DNA of 64,000 bases. Source: the human T2T-CHM13v2.0 reference genome, Homo sapiens. The notes below the pieces were generated by a model that ran no database searches, had not been told where the DNA came from, and saw nothing but the letters and a program-made list of their open reading frames with translations. The translations under genes and the position numbers were made by a program. The stretch lies in assembly GCF_009914755.1 (NCBI RefSeq), contig NC_060939.1. One strand, written 5' to 3'. This document shows positions 51,568 through 64,000 of the stretch, one piece after another. Every line of letters starts with the position of its first letter. Positions within the stretch are counted from its first letter, which is position 1.

Positions 51568-52385
51568 TTTCTTTTTCTCTCTTCCCCTCTTTCTTTCCTG
51601 CCTTCCTGCCTTTCTTCTTTTCTTCTTTCCTCCCTTCCTCCCTTCCTTCTTTCCTCCCGCCTCAGCCTCCCAAAGTGCTGGGATGACTGGCGGGAGGCAC
51701 CATGCCTGCTTGGCCCAAAGAGACCCTCTTGGAAAGTGAGACGCAGAGAGCGCCTTCCAGTGATCTCATTGACTGATTTAGAGACGGCATCTCGCTCCGT
51801 CACCCCGGCAGTGGTGCCGTCGTAACTCACTCCCTGCAGCGTGGACGCTCCTGGACTCGAGCGATCCTTCCACCTCAGCCTCCAGAGTACAGAGCCTGGG
51901 ACCGCGGGCACGCGCCACTGTGCCCACACCGTTTTTAATTGTTTTTTTTTCCCCCGAGACAGAGTTTCACTCTCGTGGCCTAGACTGCAGTGCGGTGGCG
52001 CGATCTTGGCTCACCGCAACCTCTGCCTCCCGGTTTCAAGCGATTCTCCTGCATCGGCCTCCTGAGTAGCCGGGATTGCGGGCATGCGCTGCCACGTCTG
52101 GCTGATTTCGTATTTTTAGTGGAGACGGGGCTTCTCCATGTCGATCGGGCTGGTTTCGAACTCCCGACCTCAGGTGATCCGCCCTCCCCGGCCTCCGGAA
52201 GTGCTGGGATGACAGGCGTGAGCCACCGCGCCCGGCCTTCATTTTTAAATGTTTTCCCACAGACGGGGTCTCATCATTTCTTTGCAACCCTCCTGCCCGG
52301 CGTCTCAAAGTGCTGGCGTGACGGGCGTGAGCCACTGCGCCTGGACTCCGGGGAATGACTCACGACCACCATCGCTCTACTGATC

Positions 52386-52444
<59 letters not shown>

Positions 52445-52915
52445 GATGAATTATCTTATGATTTATTTGTGTACTTATTTTCAGACGGAGTCTCGCTCTG
52501 GGCGGGGCGAGGCGAGGCGAGGCACAGCGCATCGCTTTGGAAGCCGCGGCAACGCCTTTCAAAGCCCCATTCGTATGCACAGAGCCTTATTCCCTTCCTG
52601 GAGTTGGAGCTGATGCCTTCCGTAGCCTTGGGCTTCTCTCCATTCGGAAGCTTTGACAGGCGCAACCCCACCCAGAGGCTGGCTGCGGCTGAGGATTAGG
52701 GGGTGTGTTGGGGCTGAAAACTGGGTCCCCTATTTTTGATACCTCAGCCGACACATCCCCCGACCGCCATCGCTTGCTCGCCCTCTGAGATCCCCCGCCT
52801 CCACCGCCTTGCAGGCTCACCTCTTACTTTCATTTCTTCCTTTCTTGCGTTTGAGGAGGGGGTGCGGGAATGAGGGTGTGTGTGGGGAGGGGGTGCGGGG
52901 TGGGGACGGAGGGGA

Positions 52916-56366
<3,451 letters not shown>

Positions 56367-56367
56367 G

Positions 56368-60917
<4,550 letters not shown>

Positions 60918-62483
60918 TGTGAAGGCCGGACGCAACACGGCGAAACCCCGTCTCTACTAAAAATACAAAGCTGAGTCGGGAGCGGTGGGGCAGGCCCCTG
61001 TAATGCCAGCTCCTCGGGAGGCTGAGGCGGGAGAATCGCTTGAACCAGGGAAGCGGAGGCTGCAGGGAGCCGAGATCGCGCCACTGCACTACGGCCCAGG
61101 CTGTAGAGTGAGTGAGACTCGGTCTCTAAATAAATACGGAAATTAATTAATTCATTAATTCTTTTCCCTGCTGACGGACATTTGCAGGCAGGCATCGGTT
61201 GTCTTCGGGCATCACCTAGCGGCCACTGTTATTGAAAGTCGACGTGACACGGAGGGAGGTCTCGCCGACTTCACCGAGCCTGGGGCAACGGGTTTCTCTC
61301 TCTCCCTTCTGGAGGCCCCTCCCTCTCTCCCTCGTTGCCTAGGGAACCTCGCCTAGGGAACCTCCGCCCTGGCGGGGGCCCTATTGTTCTTTGATCGGCG
61401 CTTTACTTTTCTTTGTGTTTTGGCGCCTAGACTCTTCTACTTGGGCTTTGGGAAGGGTCAGTTTAATTTTCAAGTTGCCCCCCGGCTCCCCCCACTACCC
61501 ACGTCCCTTCACCTTAATTTAGTGAGTCGGTTAGGTGGGTTTCCCCCAAACCGCCCCCCCCCCCCCGCCTCCCAACACCCTGCTTGGAAACCTTCCAGAG
61601 CCACCCCGGTGTGCCTCCGTCTTCTCTCCCCTTCCCCCACCCCTTGCCGGCGATCTCATTCTTGCCAGGCTGACATTTGCATCGGTGGGCGTCAGGCCTC
61701 ACTCGGGGGCCACCGTTTTTGAAGATGGGGGCGGCACGGTCCCACTTCCCCGGAGGCAGCTTGGGCCGATGGCATAGCCCCTTGACCCGCGTGGGCAAGC
61801 GGGCGGGTCTGCAGTTGTGAGGCTTTTCCCCCCGCTGCTTCCCGCCTCAGGCCTCCCTCCCTAGGAAAGCTTCACCCTGGCTGGGTCTCGGTCACCTTTT
61901 ATCACGATGTTTTAGTTTCTCCGCCCTCCGGCCAGCAGAGTTTCACAATGCGAAGGGCGCCACGGCTCTAGTCTGGGCCTTCTCAGTACTTGCCCAAAAT
62001 AGAAACGCTTTCTGAAAACTAATAACTTTGCTCACTTAAGATTTCCAGGGACGGCGCCTTGGCCCGTGTTTGTTGGCTTGTTTTGTTTCGTTCTGTTTTG
62101 TTTTGTTCGTGTTTTTCCTTTCTCGTATGTCTTTCTTTTCAGGTGAAGTAGAAATCCCCAGTTTTCAGGAAGACGTCTATTTTCCCCAAGACACGTTAGC
62201 TGCCGTTTTTTCCTGTTGTGAACTAGCGCTTTTGTGACTCTCTCAACGTGCAGTGAGAGCCGGTTGATGTTTACTATCCTTCATCATGACATCTTATTTT
62301 CTAGAAATCCGTAGGCGAATGCTGCTGCTGCTCTTGTTGCTGTTGTTGTTGTTGTTGTTGTCGTCGTTGCTGTTGTCGTTGTCGTTGTTGTTGTCGTTGT
62401 CGTTGTTTTCAAAGTATACCCCGGCCACCGTTTATGGGATCAAAAGCATTATAAAATATGTGTGATTATTTCTTGAGCACGCC

Positions 62484-63080
62484 CTTCCTCCCCCTCTCTC
62501 TGTCTCTCTGTCTGTCTCTGTCTCTCTCTTTCTCTGTCTGTCTTCTCTCTCTCTCTCTCTCTGTGTCTCTCTCTCTCTGCCTGTCTGTTTCTCTCTCTCT
62601 GCCTCTCTCTCTCTCTCTCTCTCTGCCTGTCTCTCTCACTGTGTCTGTCTTCTGTCTTACTCCCTTTCTCTGTCTGTCTGTCGGTCTCTCTCTCTCTCTC
62701 TCCCTGTCTGTATGTTTCTCTCTGTCTCTGTCTCTCTCTCTCTTTCTGTTTCTCTCTCTCCGTCTCTGTCTTTCTCTGACTGTCTCTCTCTTTCCTTCTC
62801 TCTGTCTCTCTCTGCCTGTCTCTCTCACTCTGTCTTCTGTCTTACTCTCTCTCTCTGCCTGCCTGTCTCTCTCACTCTCTCTCTCTGTGTGTCTCTCTCT
62901 CTCTTTCTGTTTCTCTCTGTCTCTCTGTCCGTCTCTGTCTTTCTCTGTCTGTCTCTTTGTCTGTCTGTCTTTGTCTTTCCTTCTCTCTGTCTCTGTCTCT
63001 CTCACTGTGTCTGTCTTCTGTCTTAGTCTCTCTCTCTCTCTCTCCCTGTCTGTCTGTCTCTCTCTCTCTCTCCCCCTGTC

Positions 63081-63125
<45 letters not shown>

Positions 63126-63398
63126 TTGTCTTTCTTTCTGTCTCTGTCTCTCTCTCTCTCTCTGTGTGTCTGTCTTCTGTCTTACTGTCTTTCTCTGCCT
63201 GTCTGTCTGTCTGTCTCTCTCTGTCTGTCTCTCTCTCTCTCTCCCCCCTGTCGGCTGTTTCTCTGTCTCTGTCTGTGTCTCTCTTTCTGTCTGTTTCTCT
63301 CTGTCTGTCTTTCTCTCTCTGTCTCTTTCTCTCTGTCTCTCTGTCTGTCTCTGTCTCTCTCTCTGTCTCTCTCTCTCTGTGGGGGGGTGTGTGTGTGT

Positions 63399-63435
<37 letters not shown>

Positions 63436-63686
63436 TGCCTTCTGTCTTACTCTCTTTCTCTGCCTGTCTGTCTGCCTGTCTGTTTGTCTCTCTCTCTCTG
63501 CCTGTCTCTCTCCCTTCCTGTCTGTTTCTCTCTCTTTCTGTTTCTCTCTGTCTCTGTCCATCTCTGTCTTTCTCCGTCTGTCTCTTTATCTGTCTCTCTC
63601 CGTCTGTCTCTTTATCTGTCTCTCTCTCTCTTTCTGTCTTTCTCTCTCTGTGTATCGTTGTCTCTCTCTGTCTGTCTCTGTCTCTG

Positions 63687-63719
<33 letters not shown>

Positions 63720-63777
63720 GTCTGTCTGTCCGTCTGTCTGTCTCGGTCTCTGGCTCTCGCTATCTCCCGCCCTCTCT
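62484..63777. repeat. Third CT-rich tract (unit 2)
   Basis: Copy of 19957-21250. Confidence 0.92.
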
Positions 63778-64000
63778 TTTTTTGCAAAAGAAGCTCAAGT
63801 ACATCTAATCTAATCCCTTACCAAGGCCTGAATTCTTCACTTCTGACATCCCAGATTTGATCTCCCTACAGAATGCTGTACAGAACTGGCGAGTTGATTT
63901 CTGGACTTGGATACCTCATAGAAACTACATATGAATAAAGATCCAATCCTAAAATCTGGGGTGGCTTCTCCCTCGACTGTCTCGAAAAATCGTACCTCTG

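Overview
Tandem ribosomal DNA (45S/47S rDNA, nucleolar organizer) array, almost certainly human, read in the direction of transcription. The window holds about 1.5 units with an exact period of 42,527 bp. Layout: 3' part of 28S (1-4220), 3'ETS and Sal-box terminators, a complete ~29 kb intergenic spacer (IGS), the Pol I promoter (TSS 33775), a full 5'ETS-18S-ITS1-5.8S-ITS2-28S-3'ETS unit (33775-~47108), and the first ~17 kb of the next IGS. The IGS contains many Alus, microsatellites, two Butterfly/Long-Repeat blocks, CT-rich tracts, a CDC27 processed pseudogene and the p53 RGC site. There is no credible protein-coding gene; the long ORFs are by-products of GC-rich or A-poor sequence. I see no wholly new biological system. 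The observations most worth checking are: (1) the CDC27 retrocopy appears to derive from an intron-retaining, intronically polyadenylated mRNA, with splice donor, poly(A) and target-site duplication all visible; (2) an old dispersed IGS module in 3-4 copies carries CTCF-like, RFX-like and Pol I initiator-like motifs; (3) most IGS Alu left monomers share a TTACA->TGACA change; (4) this is a short morph with a single terminator (R) repeat and a shortened first Long Repeat; (5) the two units appear identical over ~21 kb, which may reflect a modelled assembly. Comparisons with reference sequences are from memory and need alignment.
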